Assembly (NCBI RefSeq): GCF_009914755.1
Contig: NC_060936.1
DNA length: 64,000 bases
Source: the human T2T-CHM13v2.0 reference genome, Homo sapiens
Reading direction: 5' to 3' (one strand)
Numbering within the stretch: the stretch's first letter is position 1; each line of letters begins with the position of its first letter. Below are positions 1-13,609 of this stretch, in pieces. Made by a program: the position numbers and the translations under genes. The notes beneath the pieces were generated by a model. It saw nothing but the letters and a program-made list of their open reading frames with translations, searched no databases and had not been told where the DNA came from.

Positions 1-838
1 CAAATTTACAAGAAAAAAACAAACAACCCCATCAAAAAGTGGGCGAAGAATATGAACAGACACTTCTCAAAAGAAGACATTTATGCAGCCAACAGACACA
101 TGAAAAAATGCTCATCATCACTGGCCATCAGAGAAATGCAAATCAAAACCACAATGAGATACCATCTCACACCAGTTAGAATGGTGATCATTAAAAAGTC
201 AGGAAACAACAGGTGCTGGAGAGGATGTGGAGAAATAGGAACACTTTTACACTGTTGGTGGGACTGTAAACTAGTTCAACCATTGTGGAAGTCAGTGTGG
301 TGATTCCTCAGGGATCTAGAACTAGAAATACCATTTGACCCAGCCATCCCATTACTGGGTATATACCCAAAGGATTATAAAACATGCTGCCATAGAGACT
401 CATGCACACATATGTTTATTGCGGCACTATTCACAATAGCAAAGACTTGGAACCAACCCAAATGTCCAACAATGATAGACTGGATTAAGAAAATGTGACA
501 CATATACACCATGGAATACTATGCAGCCATAAAAAATGATGAGTTCGTGTCCTTTGTAGGGACATGGATGAAGCTGGAAACCATCATTCTCAGCAAACTG
601 TTGCAAGGACAAAAAACCAAACACCGCATGTTCTCACTCATAGGTGGGAACTGAACAATGAGAACACATGGACACAGGAAGGGGAACATCACACACCGGG
701 GCCTGTTGTGGGGTGGGGGGAAGGGGGAGGGATAGCATTAGGAGATATACCTAATGTTAAATGACGACTATGGTATACATATGTAACAAACCTGCACGTT
801 GTGCACATGTACCCTAAAAGTATAATAATAATAAAAAA
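1..838 (+). mobile_element. L1PA (primate LINE-1, roughly PA3-PA5) 3' end: ORF2 C-terminal remnant, 3'UTR and A-rich tail; 5' part lies outside the window
   Basis: ORF 52..303 is L1 ORF2 including the CCHC motif [18 protein letters not shown]; premature TGA at 301-303 (consensus CGA); 3'UTR G-tract at ~710-730; tail tataataataataaaaaa. Confidence 0.97.
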
Positions 839-1104
839 GTGAAACCAAAGCTTGGATTTTATTATTTTAATATAATTTTCACATTAAAAATAGTAATGAT
901 TAACTACTGTGAGCCAGGTGTTTTGTTAGGCCAGTGGTAGCAAGGAAGTTGAAACTAATGTGTCACTCACAGTGAATCTGTAGTAAGCAGCTATCTCTAG
1001 GGTGGAGTTCAGAAATACTATGGGGCTCTGGCTAGTCTCAGGAAAAAAAAAAAAAAAAAGAACAATTTGCAATGTTTTCCTCAAGCACAGAATTGAAGAG
1101 TGGA

Positions 1105-1450
1105 GGCATAAGTTAAGTGCTGGGTATTTTCCATCTATGCTCTAGGCACTGAGGATATATAAATGAATAAAATGTGGTTCCTGACTTCAAGGAGCTCATT
1201 TTGAGGTGCAGGGAGGTAAGGCATATCATCATATAAATTCAAAATAGGGAGACAAGAATAAGAGTAGTAAGCTATCATAGAAAGAGGAAAAGAGATGTGA
1301 TCAGTGAGCTTCAAAGACTGGAGGACACTTGAGCTAAGTCTTGAAGGATAAGTACAAGCTTATCAAGTGTGCAGAGATGATGGAGTGTCTGAAACTACAG
1401 GTAAAGCCATATTAATGTCGAGCACAGAAGTGTGAACTGGTGCAGCACCT
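1105..1450. mobile_element. L2 LINE fragment
   Basis: Degenerate L2 3' motifs (ctaggcactgaggatata...cctgacttcaaggagctca...ttgagctaagtcttgaaggat). Confidence 0.6.
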
Positions 1451-2105
1451 TGGAGGCTTTTGGTAGCTCAGTATCTCAGGAGTGTGAGGTTTATAGAGGA
1501 AACACTGCCTACCTTTCCTTTGATCATGCTTTCCAGGGCAAGTCTCTCAACAATATTCACCATGTTTTTTTGTTTTGAGGGTGGGGTGTTAATGTATGTC
1601 TTCACTTTCAGTACTATGAAGTTATTCAGCATGGTAAAGGAATAGATATTCTCCATAATTTAATAATATGGTTAGGAGATTACTGTATATATAAGAGATC
1701 ATTTTTCTAATTTTCCAAATGGTCTGTATGCTCTTTACTAAAACAACGCTATAAAAGTATAGAAAATTATATATATAATATATGGCACTCTTACTGCTTC
1801 TTTGCAAGAATTTACTTTCAACACCATAGGTTTCATAACTCAGTTTTTATGCTTAAGAAATTAAGATGAAAGTGAATCTATTGTATGATATATCCTGGAA
1901 CTACTCTTAAAAATATAAATTATTCAAAATCACTCAAATTGACTTGTGTTTCTTGGCATTTTTTGACTTTTTTTTGCAGATTCTAGCTACTAAAACTCTC
2001 CCCCAGATGGAATACTAGGTAATAGTGTCTACTGTTTCTCTAGGAAACACTTCATTTTCCTATAAAGAAAGATAAGGGTAAAACTTTAAGTGGTCAAGAG
2101 TCCAC

Positions 2106-2210
2106 TTTTGAAAGTGTGTTGAGACAATAATCCAACAGAATTTATAATAGGCTTCTTTCGGAGTTGCTATCACCTCACCTCTATCCTCTTTGCATTTAAA
2201 AGAAAATCCT
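2106..2210 (+). repeat. 105-bp dispersed direct repeat, copy 1 (copy 2 at 3875-3979)
   Basis: Ungapped manual alignment, offset 1769, 96/105 identical. Confidence 0.95.
2179..2210 (-). other. Candidate 32-nt exon (G) of putative minus-strand transcript
   Basis: Long AG-free pyrimidine tract ending ttggagtag|, donor GAG|gtgagg. Confidence 0.25.
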
Positions 2211-3068
2211 CTACTCCAAGGAGACATGGAAGTGAAGCAAAATTAAGAAATATTAAGAATTAAAGATGAGCTAGTGGTATGGGGGGAGAGGGGGATATGA
2301 GGGAAATACTAATTGAAGTGGAGAAAAATATCATCCTGGAAAAAAGATCTAGTATTTTTAGCATTAATTTGGTGACTTTTTTGTGGTTGTTGGTTATGGG
2401 AAAATTTTGATGTATCAGAGCTCTTCCGTTAAAGAATGAGATAACTTTGCCCATCAACAAATGATCACTATACCCATCATGACTAGGCTTTTTGGCTTAG
2501 TTTTCCTATTACATAATCCCTATGAATCTGTCCAGGTATTTTTTCCTAACAATTTCTACCATACCCTACACCACACTTTGCACATTTGGGAATATGAGCC
2601 ATATGAAGGAATGTGAATTCACCATTGATATCAGCCAAATAAGCCAGAAGCAAAACCATTTTTGACTCTAAAATACTAAACGCAACAAATTGCCAGGAAA
2701 TAGCAAAATGAGGCCCAAAAGACTAGCATATTCTCCACATTTTCTGGAAAAAAAAAAAAAAAAAAACAAAAAAAAAAAACCAGTATTAGCCATCACAGAA
2801 ATAGAAGCTATTTAGTTCCTTTAGCATTTGTGTATGGTACATAAGTTCCTCACAAGAAGCAAGTTTCATTTTTGCCAACTGCACATGATTCTGCTTCTAA
2901 ACCATTATTCAAACTCGAATATTAATTTATGCTTTCAGGTAAGTATACTACATAAATAAATAATACAAGTAGAAAAAAAAGTGACTCTGAATAAAATAAT
3001 TTTCTCAGACTGAGCAACAATCCTCCTAATCTACAGGAACAAAAAGTAGTTGCCATCCCTTATCTTAC

Positions 3069-3112
3069 TGGGATGTCTAATTCCATTCTCTATGGGAGAC
3101 TCATCAAATGAA
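3069..3112 (-). other. Candidate 44-nt exon (F)
   Basis: Acceptor ctgcttgttttgtctaag|, donor CCA|gtaaga; open in the chained frame. Confidence 0.2.
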
Positions 3113-3699
3113 CTTAGACAAAACAAGCAGGATCATATAAGTGTAGGTAATTACAACTATATTAACCTCAGAAAATGGTTTTGAAGAGATCACTGTCAAT
3201 CTGGGCAATTCCTAAAAATAGTGCTCTGTGGGTGCTGCAGGGCTGTGTTATTCAACATCCTGATGAACACTAACTAGCAGGCAGCACCAGTTGCACTTGG
3301 GGGAAAATACTTGGCTTCTTAGTCCTCCTCAGCTCAGCATTAATAGATAGTCCTGTCCTATTACTAATTCTTCATCTGAAGGTCCCCTATCTGCAGCCAG
3401 TTTCTCCTTTCCTAAGATGGCAGGGCTCTGTTTATATTTCCAGGCATCCTGATGTAGAAACTCAGATGACTCACATGCAAGATATAAGTGATCATCACCT
3501 TCAGTCAGGAAGTCACCTTAAGTGCTTAACTTACAAACTTTGCAAAATTTACAATTTAATATAAGATCCTCAGATCCTTGGTCCGGAAATCAACTCTTTC
3601 CTTTGTTATCTATAGCAGGGGCTATAAGGATAGATAACTTATCGGAAAAGCCTGGGCTTCTAGGAGGCAGCTTCTTGAAGAAGCTTGGGCTTTCGAGTC

Positions 3700-3855
3700 T
3701 GACCCAACTAGGTGGAAGCTTTAAGTCATCACGTGCTTGCTGTGTGAATGCTTTGCATAGTTTCCTTTCAGGACAGTGGTATCTATCTCTTAGAGTTGTT
3801 ACAAAGATTAAATATGAACCTCAGCATAATATGTACCAAACACGGGCACTTGGAG
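3700..3855 (+). mobile_element. MIR fragment
   Basis: gctgtgtgaatgctttgcatagtttcct...gttgttacaaagattaaat matches the MIR core. Confidence 0.55.
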
Positions 3856-3874
3856 CATTCATCTCTTAGCCCCT

Positions 3875-3979
3875 TTTTGAAAGTGTGTTGAGACAATAAT
3901 CCGATACAATTTATAATAAGCTTCTTTCAGAGTTGCTATCACCTCACCTCTATCCTCTTCACATTTGAAAGGAAATCCT
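3875..3979 (+). repeat. 105-bp dispersed direct repeat, copy 2
   Basis: 91% identical to 2106-2210; abutted by an 18-bp tandem duplication at 3979-4014. Confidence 0.95.
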
Positions 3980-4167
3980 TTTTGCTGGATTGTACTTTTT
4001 TGCTGAAGTGTACTTTTTGTAACATGCTGCCCATTCACCGAGTGTAAGTTCCCCGGTGGTAGGTATCCTGACTTGACCACATCTGCAACACAAGCCCAAG
4101 TCCACTGCTTGGTGCAGATTAGGCTCTCAACACCTGCTTTACATTAAAGATGTGGAGGCCTTATGGT

Positions 4168-4325
4168 CAATGCATCTCAAACTTTAATGTGACTATGAAT
4201 CACCAGAGAATCTTATTAAAATGCATATTGCGATACATAATGTCTAGAGTGGGCCTCAAGATACTCCCTTTTTTATAAGCACCAGATAGACCCATGCTTC
4301 CAGAACCACACTTTGAGTGAACGAC
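4168..4325. mobile_element. MER5-family hAT-Charlie MITE
   Basis: tctcaaactttaatgtg...gaatcacc...cttattaaaatgca...accacactttgagt. Confidence 0.75.
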
Positions 4326-4803
4326 ATGCTAGTTTTCTTTCCTTACTTTCTGACTGCCACTATATTCCACATTGTGGCAACAGAAAGCAGTTTGTGGACA
4401 TTTCATTCAAGGCCATTACACTATGCTCAACCATGTCCCTTCCTCAACACACAAAAAAGGGGAGGGCTACCCAGGATAATATCAGTGTGGAGACTATTTG
4501 CTGATATATCTCTACCTTATTAGGACAAGCTATTAAGTGAACTCCAATATTTATCATCAGAAAAATAAAAAGGTCCTTAAGGAAACATTAACAGTTTTAC
4601 TATACCTCTTCTAGAGGGTAATGATACATAATAATATTCTGGCATATGATACACATTTATAAATCATTGGCATTTAATACCTTGTATTTCAAAAAAGTGT
4701 CATACCCTACGCTGTAATGTTAACAGAATGAGTATTTATAAATATACATGCCAGAAATGCAAACAGCCACATTTGCAAAGGCAACTGTCATCTGGTTACC
4801 ACA

Positions 4804-4822
4804 CAGTGCCATCTGCTGGACA
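4804..4822 (-). promoter_or_regulatory. CTCF binding motif
   Basis: Minus strand TGTCCAGCAGATGGCACTG matches the core consensus CCASYAGRKGGCRS at every position. Confidence 0.6.
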
Positions 4823-6689
4823 GCTGCTGATGTGCAGCAGAAAAAAATGCAAGATGCTCTCCAGGAATAATAAAACATTTCCTGCAGCTTTTCAATGAGA
4901 TTTACACAAACGAAGGCAACTTACACAGTTCTGCACTGGCTTGTTCAGAAAGAAGATTTTATAGCCCCTATGCTCTTTTGCTTAGAAAAGTAGAACAATT
5001 TTATAGAGATACGCATATTGCTGTGGGGCTAAAGGCTGAATACAGAAATCCCACATGGCCATGGAGAACAAAGAACTGTTTCTTTCTTCTGAAGAAAAAT
5101 CTAGTTTTCTTATTACCACTGAAGTTTACATGAGTATTGTCTTCATCAATAAAATAATAGTTCACACTATTTTGCAGCACCTCTCACAAACAACAAATTG
5201 ATATTAATAAAATAAAAACTATAATTTTCTAATCTATTTCACTTCTGAAAACAGGCTCCTCTTGAATCCTAAAATTGGTCAAAATTCTTTAGCACAAATG
5301 GTAAGAAAAGAATAAGTGGAAAAGACATAAGTCCTATGTAAGTCCTTATTGATATCTTTCATGGAAAACGCAATTTGTTCTACCATAGTAATGCTGTAAC
5401 TTGGAAATGATTTAACAATTTCCTACCTGAATTAGTACTCAGTCTAGTCACAAGAACAGATCATTTAGGTCTCAGGTCTCATGCAGTCTTCAATTAAAAA
5501 AAATTAGGCAGATGTGTGGATTTAACTGGACACATTAAAGAATAATGATGAGTGCTAGGAAATATCTACTTTGGGATGTTAGAACCAATATATGTAACTA
5601 GGTCCTGTTAAGCAATTTTCTATGGAGGATCACAAAGGGCATTACTAGTGTTCACTCAATGACTCCTAGACTGGCTCTACTGAGGTTTTCCTAAGATTCT
5701 GAAGTGGAAAGTATGAATAAAATATGGATCAATAAAGTATCTTATAGGTACTTTAGAGGAACATTAAGTGAATTGCCTTAGGTCACAAAATCCTAATGGT
5801 GATGAAAAAAGAACCTGGGACTCCCAGCCCCTAGCTTAAAACACCTAAAGTACTTCCTCCCATGGAATACTTCTTGGAGGCCAGTTTCATAATTAATTTA
5901 AACAGCTTTCTGGGGCACGTTAATTATGTAAGCTCTCTGTAGACTAGGCCACTACAAAAGGAGAAAATAGATTCCTCACTACCCATGAATGGGACTGTTT
6001 TCTTCTTTGTGACACCAAGGTGCTCTGAAAGCCCCTAGGAAGGAAACAGCACAGTGCCCACAGGGTGAAGAGCATGGCGGGGTGAGGGACACAGATTTCT
6101 CTTCTGGCTGTCTTGTCTCATTTTGTAGGATCTCTCAGTAGTCTAGGAAAATTGACCTTTCCAGCTGTCAAAGTCCCTCCCCAACAGAGCTTTATCACCC
6201 TCCGAGGGATGAATCCCATCTATAAATTTCCATGCCTAAGGGCCCTGCTGTACTGGCAGAGAGAATGCAGTCTAGATTCCATCTCTCTATGTGGTTAAGG
6301 CAGCATTACTCTTCTCTTCCCATATCCATATGAATTTCCAATGTGCTGCAGTTTCAGGGGAATTAAACCACAGTATTGTGAGCAATCTCTTAAATGATAT
6401 AATGATGAAACTTAAAATATGAAATGTTGTACTATTATTGAAACACCGAGACAAAACAAGTACATGTAAAGTTGGATGATAACGTAGCATCTGATTAGGT
6501 TCAGAAAAAGGAATAATGTTCTTGGCTCATATGCGTTGAAGTCTAGGACCAAAATATGGCTTTGCCCACTTAAACTAACTGAAACTAAGGCTGACTGAAA
6601 CTCCTTCTCTTTTTCTAAGCCAAATTACTTACGATTCCCCAAAGTGTACCTACATTTTTGAGCCCCATTGGAATTCATTGTTCCTGCCA

Positions 6690-7185
6690 TTTATTCATTC
6701 ATGCAGGCATAGAGCAAGTATCTATTAAAGCCAACTATGTGTAACACACTGTCCTAGGTGCTAAGAATATAGAACATTGAAGATAAATAAGTTCCTGTTC
6801 TTTTGAAGTTGATTTCTAATAGGGTAAGACAGGCAATAAATAAATAAATCTATAAATATATTAGTACTTAATAACTTGTAAGAAGCAAGATAAAGCAAGG
6901 TAAGAAGAGTGGTGAGTAAGTGTGTTTAGTCATCAGAGAAAGTATTTCTGATAAGATGACATTTGAACAGAGATCTGGAGGAAGGGAGGGAGAGAAAGGT
7001 GCATTTATATGGAGGAAGTGCATTCCTAGCAGAGAAGCAAAAGGAAAAAGTCGGTGTAAATGTTCTGAGAAGTGTATGCTTGGAGTGTTCAAGGAATAAC
7101 TAAAAGGCCAGGTGGTGCACCAGTGGCAATAAGGATAAAAATGATAGGAAAGGAGAGCAGAAGATGCAGTGGGAATATCATACAG
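6690..7185. mobile_element. L2 LINE fragment
   Basis: catttattcattca...ccaactatgtgtaacacactgtcctaggtgct...gacatttgaacagagatctg. Confidence 0.75.
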
Positions 7186-7187
7186 GG

Positions 7188-7382
7188 CAGTGTTCCTCAT
7201 ACGCCCTGTGTTAAAGAACTGGCTGTTTTTCAGGATCCACTGCAGATCGATAATTTTATAAAATGCAATTAAAATGTCAGTGCAATAACTACTGCTACAA
7301 AAAGCTTCTGAACCTGTCTCCTCACAGACCCATAGCAGTTCTCAGAGGAGCAGAGATCCAAGGACCACACTGAATTGTACTG
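7188..7382. mobile_element. MER119-like hAT-Charlie element
   Basis: Terminal cagtgttcctca ... ggaccacactgaattgtactg; internal tgctacaaaaagcttctgaac. Confidence 0.5.
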
Positions 7383-7903
7383 AGAGCCCAGTAAGGCAGG
7401 GTGAGTCTGCTGAATTTTATTCTGAGGGAGCTGTGCCACCACTAGAAGGTTTTGAGCAGAAACTGCTGTTTCTTTCAACTGGCATGCCCTTCCCTCTCCA
7501 ACACTTGGCAAGATCTTGCTTAATCACATGAACCATCTCCACCATTGACAAAGAGTATCTTCAACCAGGGGCCCTCTAAGCACTTCACATGTGTGGATCC
7601 CGAGTGGATCTCATGGCTTCTCTTCCACCCCTGCCAAAAGTAATGATACTCAATTTTTTTTCTCTTTTTCTTCTTTAAAATACTCTTCATGTCCTCAATA
7701 TACACCATGATTTTTGAGTACATGTCCTATCCATCCAAACAGTCTATAAACTCCAAATATCAGAGACTATTTTATAAATCATTATACTTATTAACTTGAC
7801 ACTCCATAAATATTCTTGAATTGAGATCTACACTAGGTCGACAAAGATCAGTCATCAATAATATGATCTGACCATATAAAATAATTTTTAAAGGTCTGTT
7901 TAG

Positions 7904-8190
7904 GGCTGGGTGTGGTGGCTCACACCTGGAATCCCAACACTTCAGGAGGCTGAGGCAGTAGGATTGCTTGAGCCTGTAAGTTCGAGACCAGCCTGGGCAA
8001 CACAGTGAGACCTCATTTCTATTAAAAATAAAAAAAAAAATAGCTGGGTATGGTGGTGTGGGTCTGTGGTCCCAGCCACTTGGGAGGCTGAGGCAGAAGG
8101 ATCACTTGAGTTTAGTAGCTCAAGGTTGCAGTGAGCTATGATCACTCTAGCCTGGGTGACAGAGAGAGACCCTGTCTCTGAAAAATAAAA
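7904..8190 (+). mobile_element. AluJ with small internal deletion
   Basis: Dimeric Alu, A-rich linker and tail, J-type ggattgcttgagcc; degenerate TSD aaggtctgttta / aagacctgttta. Confidence 0.95.
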
Positions 8191-9051
8191 TATAAGACCT
8201 GTTTATAGCATTTTAGAAAATGCTGACCTTTATCAAACTCCCTGTTACTCTGCAGATCAAATCCAGAAAATTATTGCTGCCTGAAAGGCTTTTGTAGTTC
8301 AAATCTCTTATCTCTGGCATATTTCTTGAAATACATAGTCCACTGGCTGGAACTGTTGACCATCTTAGTGCTATACAGATCTCTCTTCTAATGAAATGTG
8401 TTAGGATGCAGTTTGAACTGTAGAACTGAAAAATTTAAATGTTCCCTTAAAAAGTCAGTGACCAAGAAGCAGCATTGTTTGTATATGTCCCAGACCTATA
8501 GTTAATTTTTAAATTAGAAGTAACGATCTGCTGTGTTAAATGAGTAAGAGAATAATTCAACATCTGGATAAGGGAACTGTAAGATGAAAGCCCAGCAGCA
8601 AGTTGAAAATCTGACTTTCAGTATTTTAGCTCAAGGAAGCACGGCAAGAAGACCATTGCTCTAAAATCCAATATGAAAAAAGTTCATGTTGATTCTACCT
8701 CTATTTTTACCAGCAGAAACAGAGTTGGCTGTATATTCTTAAGTATTTGTATCTTTGGACTAAATCAAGATTTACTGTGATGAAATTCCTGATGTAAAAA
8801 AGAACAGTTCCTAATCAAAGAATCTTATTCTTTTTCTCAAGATTATAACTTTTTTCTTTAGACAATGAGGAAAACGCTTTCCTTAAGAGTAAGAAGCCAA
8901 TAAGACAGACTATCTAAATAGAGCTAGCAGATCTTTGTGGTAGTTTTTTTTTTTGCATGGATAGAAATATGTTATTTTCTAGCTGCAAAGGGACCTCCAA
9001 AATTTTCACACATACTGTTTTAAAAGGTCAACAACACATTCTGTTCATTAC

Positions 9052-9136
9052 TCCATCCATCCATGCATCCATCCATCCAACCATCCATCCATCCAACCAT
9101 CCATCCACCCACCCATTCATTCATCTACCCACCCAC
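9052..9136 (+). repeat. (ATCC)n degenerate tetranucleotide microsatellite
   Basis: ccatccatccatgcatccatccatccaaccatcc... Confidence 0.9.
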
Positions 9137-9340
9137 ATTCTCATTATCTCCCCCTCAGCTTTTTCTATCTCTATCTTCTTGTAATCTTCAGAGTGAAACA
9201 AATAATCTTTTCCCCTCACGATTTAATGTTTTAAAGCAAAACATACAAATGCAAATACAAATCTGTATGCTTTTCTTCCTATATTTTTAGATTATCTCTC
9301 TTCCACAATTTTCCTACTTCTGCTTATTTTCCAAACTCAC

Positions 9341-9405
9341 TTTTCTCCTTTTCCTAAAGTTAACCTTTTCCTTCTATATGTAACTCTCCATTTCTTTCGG
9401 TCAAC
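9341..9405 (-). other. Candidate 65-nt exon (E)
   Basis: Acceptor ctcaattttcttctgtag|, donor AAA|gtgagt; separated from exon D by an 86-nt GT-AG intron. Confidence 0.35.
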
Positions 9406-9491
9406 CTACAGAAGAAAATTGAGATTAACCTCAAAACTATCACCCAGGGGTCTGTGTAAAGCAAGAAGAAGACAAATAACCAAAGCCTTAC

Positions 9492-9581
9492 TTTTCCTGG
9501 TCTTTCTGGACCACCCAACCCATGGCTGCGACTTTTATTGATGTCCCCAATTTGATGGCTTTGAAACACAGATTTAAAAAC
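9492..9581 (-). other. Candidate 90-nt exon (D)
   Basis: Acceptor cttttcttcatatgatgatag|, donor AAA|gtaagg; open as VFKSVFQSHQIGDINKSRSHGLGGPERPGK. Confidence 0.35.
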
Positions 9582-9656
9582 CTATCATCATATGAAGAAA
9601 AGCCTATAACAAATTAGAGAAACACCTACTCTTAAATGATTTGCTTTTTAAGGGCA

Positions 9657-9935
<279 letters not shown>

Positions 9936-9939
9936 TCAG

Positions 9940-10813
<874 letters not shown>

Positions 10814-11655
10814 TGACTCTTGACTGAAATGACTTAATACCAGAAAAGCGTGAAACTTTAAAAATTAGCATCATTGTTTTCACTTTAAATTTAAAAATCT
10901 ATAATTTAAGCTTCTAGGAGTTGTCATTAGGCAGGGTTAGGACAGGCAAAGTGTAGGCAAGGGTCCTACGAAAGATTTCAAATATACTTGTTATGTTTGT
11001 TTCTTAACTGGTTGGTAGAGATACACAGTGCTATTTTATTCTTTATACCTTACATATGTTATAATTATCTTGTCAACATCTAATATATAATAAAAACAAA
11101 ATTATTAAATACCATTCTTTGAAAATAATTGTGATTGATAATGTTATCTGTTTGGAAAATGGCACTTAAAAAACACCCATTTTTCTAAGGTGCTTTTAAT
11201 TAAAAATAAATGCACCAGAAAACTACATGTCAGTTGAAAGAACTTTATTACTGATAAAGATACTTCACAACTTTCTGTAGGGTTATGAGTGAGTCATATA
11301 CGACGGGTACTCAGTGAATGTCCTTGCAGCCAAATACAGACTGTTGAGCAGGGAACAAAAATCTTCTATAGAAAGACGTGCAGAAAAGTATTTGTTTGGT
11401 ATTAAACAACACTAAATTTTCAATTCTATATGAAGGGAAAAATATGACACTTTATTCTGACGTAAATATGGGAATAGCAATTGGGAAGTAACGATTGATA
11501 AAAGATGGAATAACAACAGGTATCACATACTTAATCTCACTTATGGGCTATAGAAGGAAAGCTGCTTAAAAATTCAGCATGTGGTTCACTCAAATTTAAG
11601 CAAAAGAAGCTGGTAAAATACAGAACCACTAGTTAAAATTTTACATTAAACATAC

Positions 11656-11758
11656 CTTATCAGAAGACCAAGGGGGAAATGCATGCTGTTGACCAGATAA
11701 AACAGAGAGTGACAGGGAAAATTTGTACTGGCAAACAGTGAAGCAACAGAAGCCACCA
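11656..11758 (-). other. Candidate 103-nt exon (C); alternative internal acceptor gives 30 nt (11685-11656)
   Basis: Acceptor tctttcttctcctctatctcag|, donor AAG|gtatgt. Confidence 0.3.
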
Positions 11759-11849
11759 CTGAGATAGAGGAGAAGAAAGACAGTCCCCTTAGAAATATTA
11801 TCTAAGTCAGGAAGATAAACAGGTAGCGGGAAGACTCAATGAGACATCT

Positions 11850-12045
11850 TTTGGCAGGCATTTTATGCGTCATCTCAACGAATCCTCTCAAAACTACAAA
11901 ATGTAGATGTTATTATCCTGTCTGGACAGATGAGGAAATTGTAGCCCCACGAACTTAAGAATGTTACCCACAGAGACACAAAATGACAGCAGGGATTCAA
12001 ATCCAGAGATTTTTTACTCCAAAGCTTCTCATTTTTCTACCGTGC
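11850..12045 (-). mobile_element. MIR
   Basis: aatcctctcaaaac...ttattatcc...acagatgaggaaatt...gggattcaaatccag. Confidence 0.8.
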
Positions 12046-12539
12046 CACTCCAAGAACAGAAAAATCTACAAAATATAGTTGGGGTGGAGGGAAGAGAAGG
12101 CAATCATCTGCCCCTCAAAATGGTAAAACTAAAGAATACAAAGATTAAAATTTGTATTTGAGTCCTTACTGTGGCCATTATTAAGGAAACCTGAAGGCTA
12201 AAATAAGCAGAGAGGGCAAATTAATGTGAAGAATCCATGATGTTCTCGGTCTAATTGACATATTGGACATAAATAAATCCCCAGGAGTGGTTGGAATACA
12301 CTTGAGAGTCTCAAGGAACTTTAGGATAAAACAGCGAAACATGAGGACAAAATGTACAACTTGTCGTTTACAAAGTTATCTTTCACAAGGAGTCTGGAGG
12401 ATGTTTAGAATAATTCTAACACAGAATATGGCTGCAGAGGTCTAGGTCAGTAACCTGAACTGTCATGCATGGCTGGCAAGTAGAATCTACAAGTACAGTG
12501 CTCTAGACACACCATAGAAACTCTGCATCTCTCGTACAT

Positions 12540-12700
12540 CTTTCTACAGTGGATTGCAGTTATGTATGTACATATCTTATCACCCCTAACTAGATTTTAA
12601 GATGCTTAGCAAGGGCTATTTCTATTCATCTAGTATTCCCTGACAGCCTGGCACACTGACCTGTACTTAATAGGTACTCAATATTTCTTGAATTGAATCA
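12540..12700. mobile_element. L2 3' end
   Basis: actagattttaagatgctt...cctggcacactgacctgtacttaataggtactcaatatttcttgaattgaat. Confidence 0.7.
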
Positions 12701-13397
12701 ACTCCTCACCACATAAGTAAGCACCACTGCTGGGTAGAAAGGCAACTGTGGCTTCTGTTGGGGGAAATACTGCTTCACTCATCTACTAGAATTCAAGAGG
12801 CTAAAATCAGTTTATGGCCAAGAGGAAGTTGTGACATACCTTTCCAAGTGAATTGCATGGTGATTGGTGAAACGTTTGATCAAGGGAAGGAAATCAGTTC
12901 AAAACTATAAACAAGAATCAAAGATAAAAGTATAATTCTTCTAAATGAAAAGGAGTTAACATGTCTCTGTTGCAGCTGACCTTAATTAACATGTTTAACA
13001 TGTAAATAATTTGGCTGAGGAAGCCATAAAGTATTCCAGACTGTGGGTAAGTGTCAAGGTGATGAGCATAAATGGCAAAGAAAATGGCAAAGAGTTGAGT
13101 GAAATGAAAAGTGACAGATACGTATCATTGAAGACAAGTACAAACCAATGATTAAAATACAAAAGCACCATATAGGATGATGGACTGTGTGCCATTAGCA
13201 ACAATTTGGGGCAGTGATGAAGGCACTTAAGCTCAGGTATCTTGTAAAGATACAAGACAAAAACTTCCAAGTATCATGAGGCAGCATTTGGAAAAACAAA
13301 AGGTATAATTTTCCCTTTGCACTAAATCCAAGTTCTTTAACTGTGGCTGATGACAACACACAGAGTAAGACAAGATGCAGAGAGACACATCTAAAGG

Positions 13398-13609
13398 CAG
13401 GGCTCTCAACCTCCATGGTCTGACATTATGGGCCAGATAATTCTTGGATGTTTGGGGCTGTCTGGTGTGTTGCAGAACATTCAGCATCATCCCTGACCTC
13501 TACCCATTAGATGCCAGTAACACCTTCCCCATTGTGACAACCAAAAATATCTCCAGACATTGTCAAATGTCCTCTGGGTGACAAAATGATCTGGATTGAG
13601 AACCATCGC
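13398..13609. mobile_element. MER20 (hAT-Charlie)
   Basis: gggccagataattctt...ctctacccattagatgccagt...gtgacaaccaaaaatatctccagacattgtcaaatgtcc...ttgagaacca. Confidence 0.92.

Noticed and set aside
52-764. ORFs 52..303, 427..624 and 564..764 as genes
   Set aside because: All lie in the L1PA; 52..303 is a stop-interrupted ORF2 remnant and the others are off-frame or antisense reads
4925-4980. Further exon-like segments (4980-4925, also ~1612-1513 and ~34055-33998, minus strand)
   Set aside because: Plausible splice sites but not phase-compatible with the chain as drawn, or outside it; they show how common pseudo-exons are and lower confidence in the model
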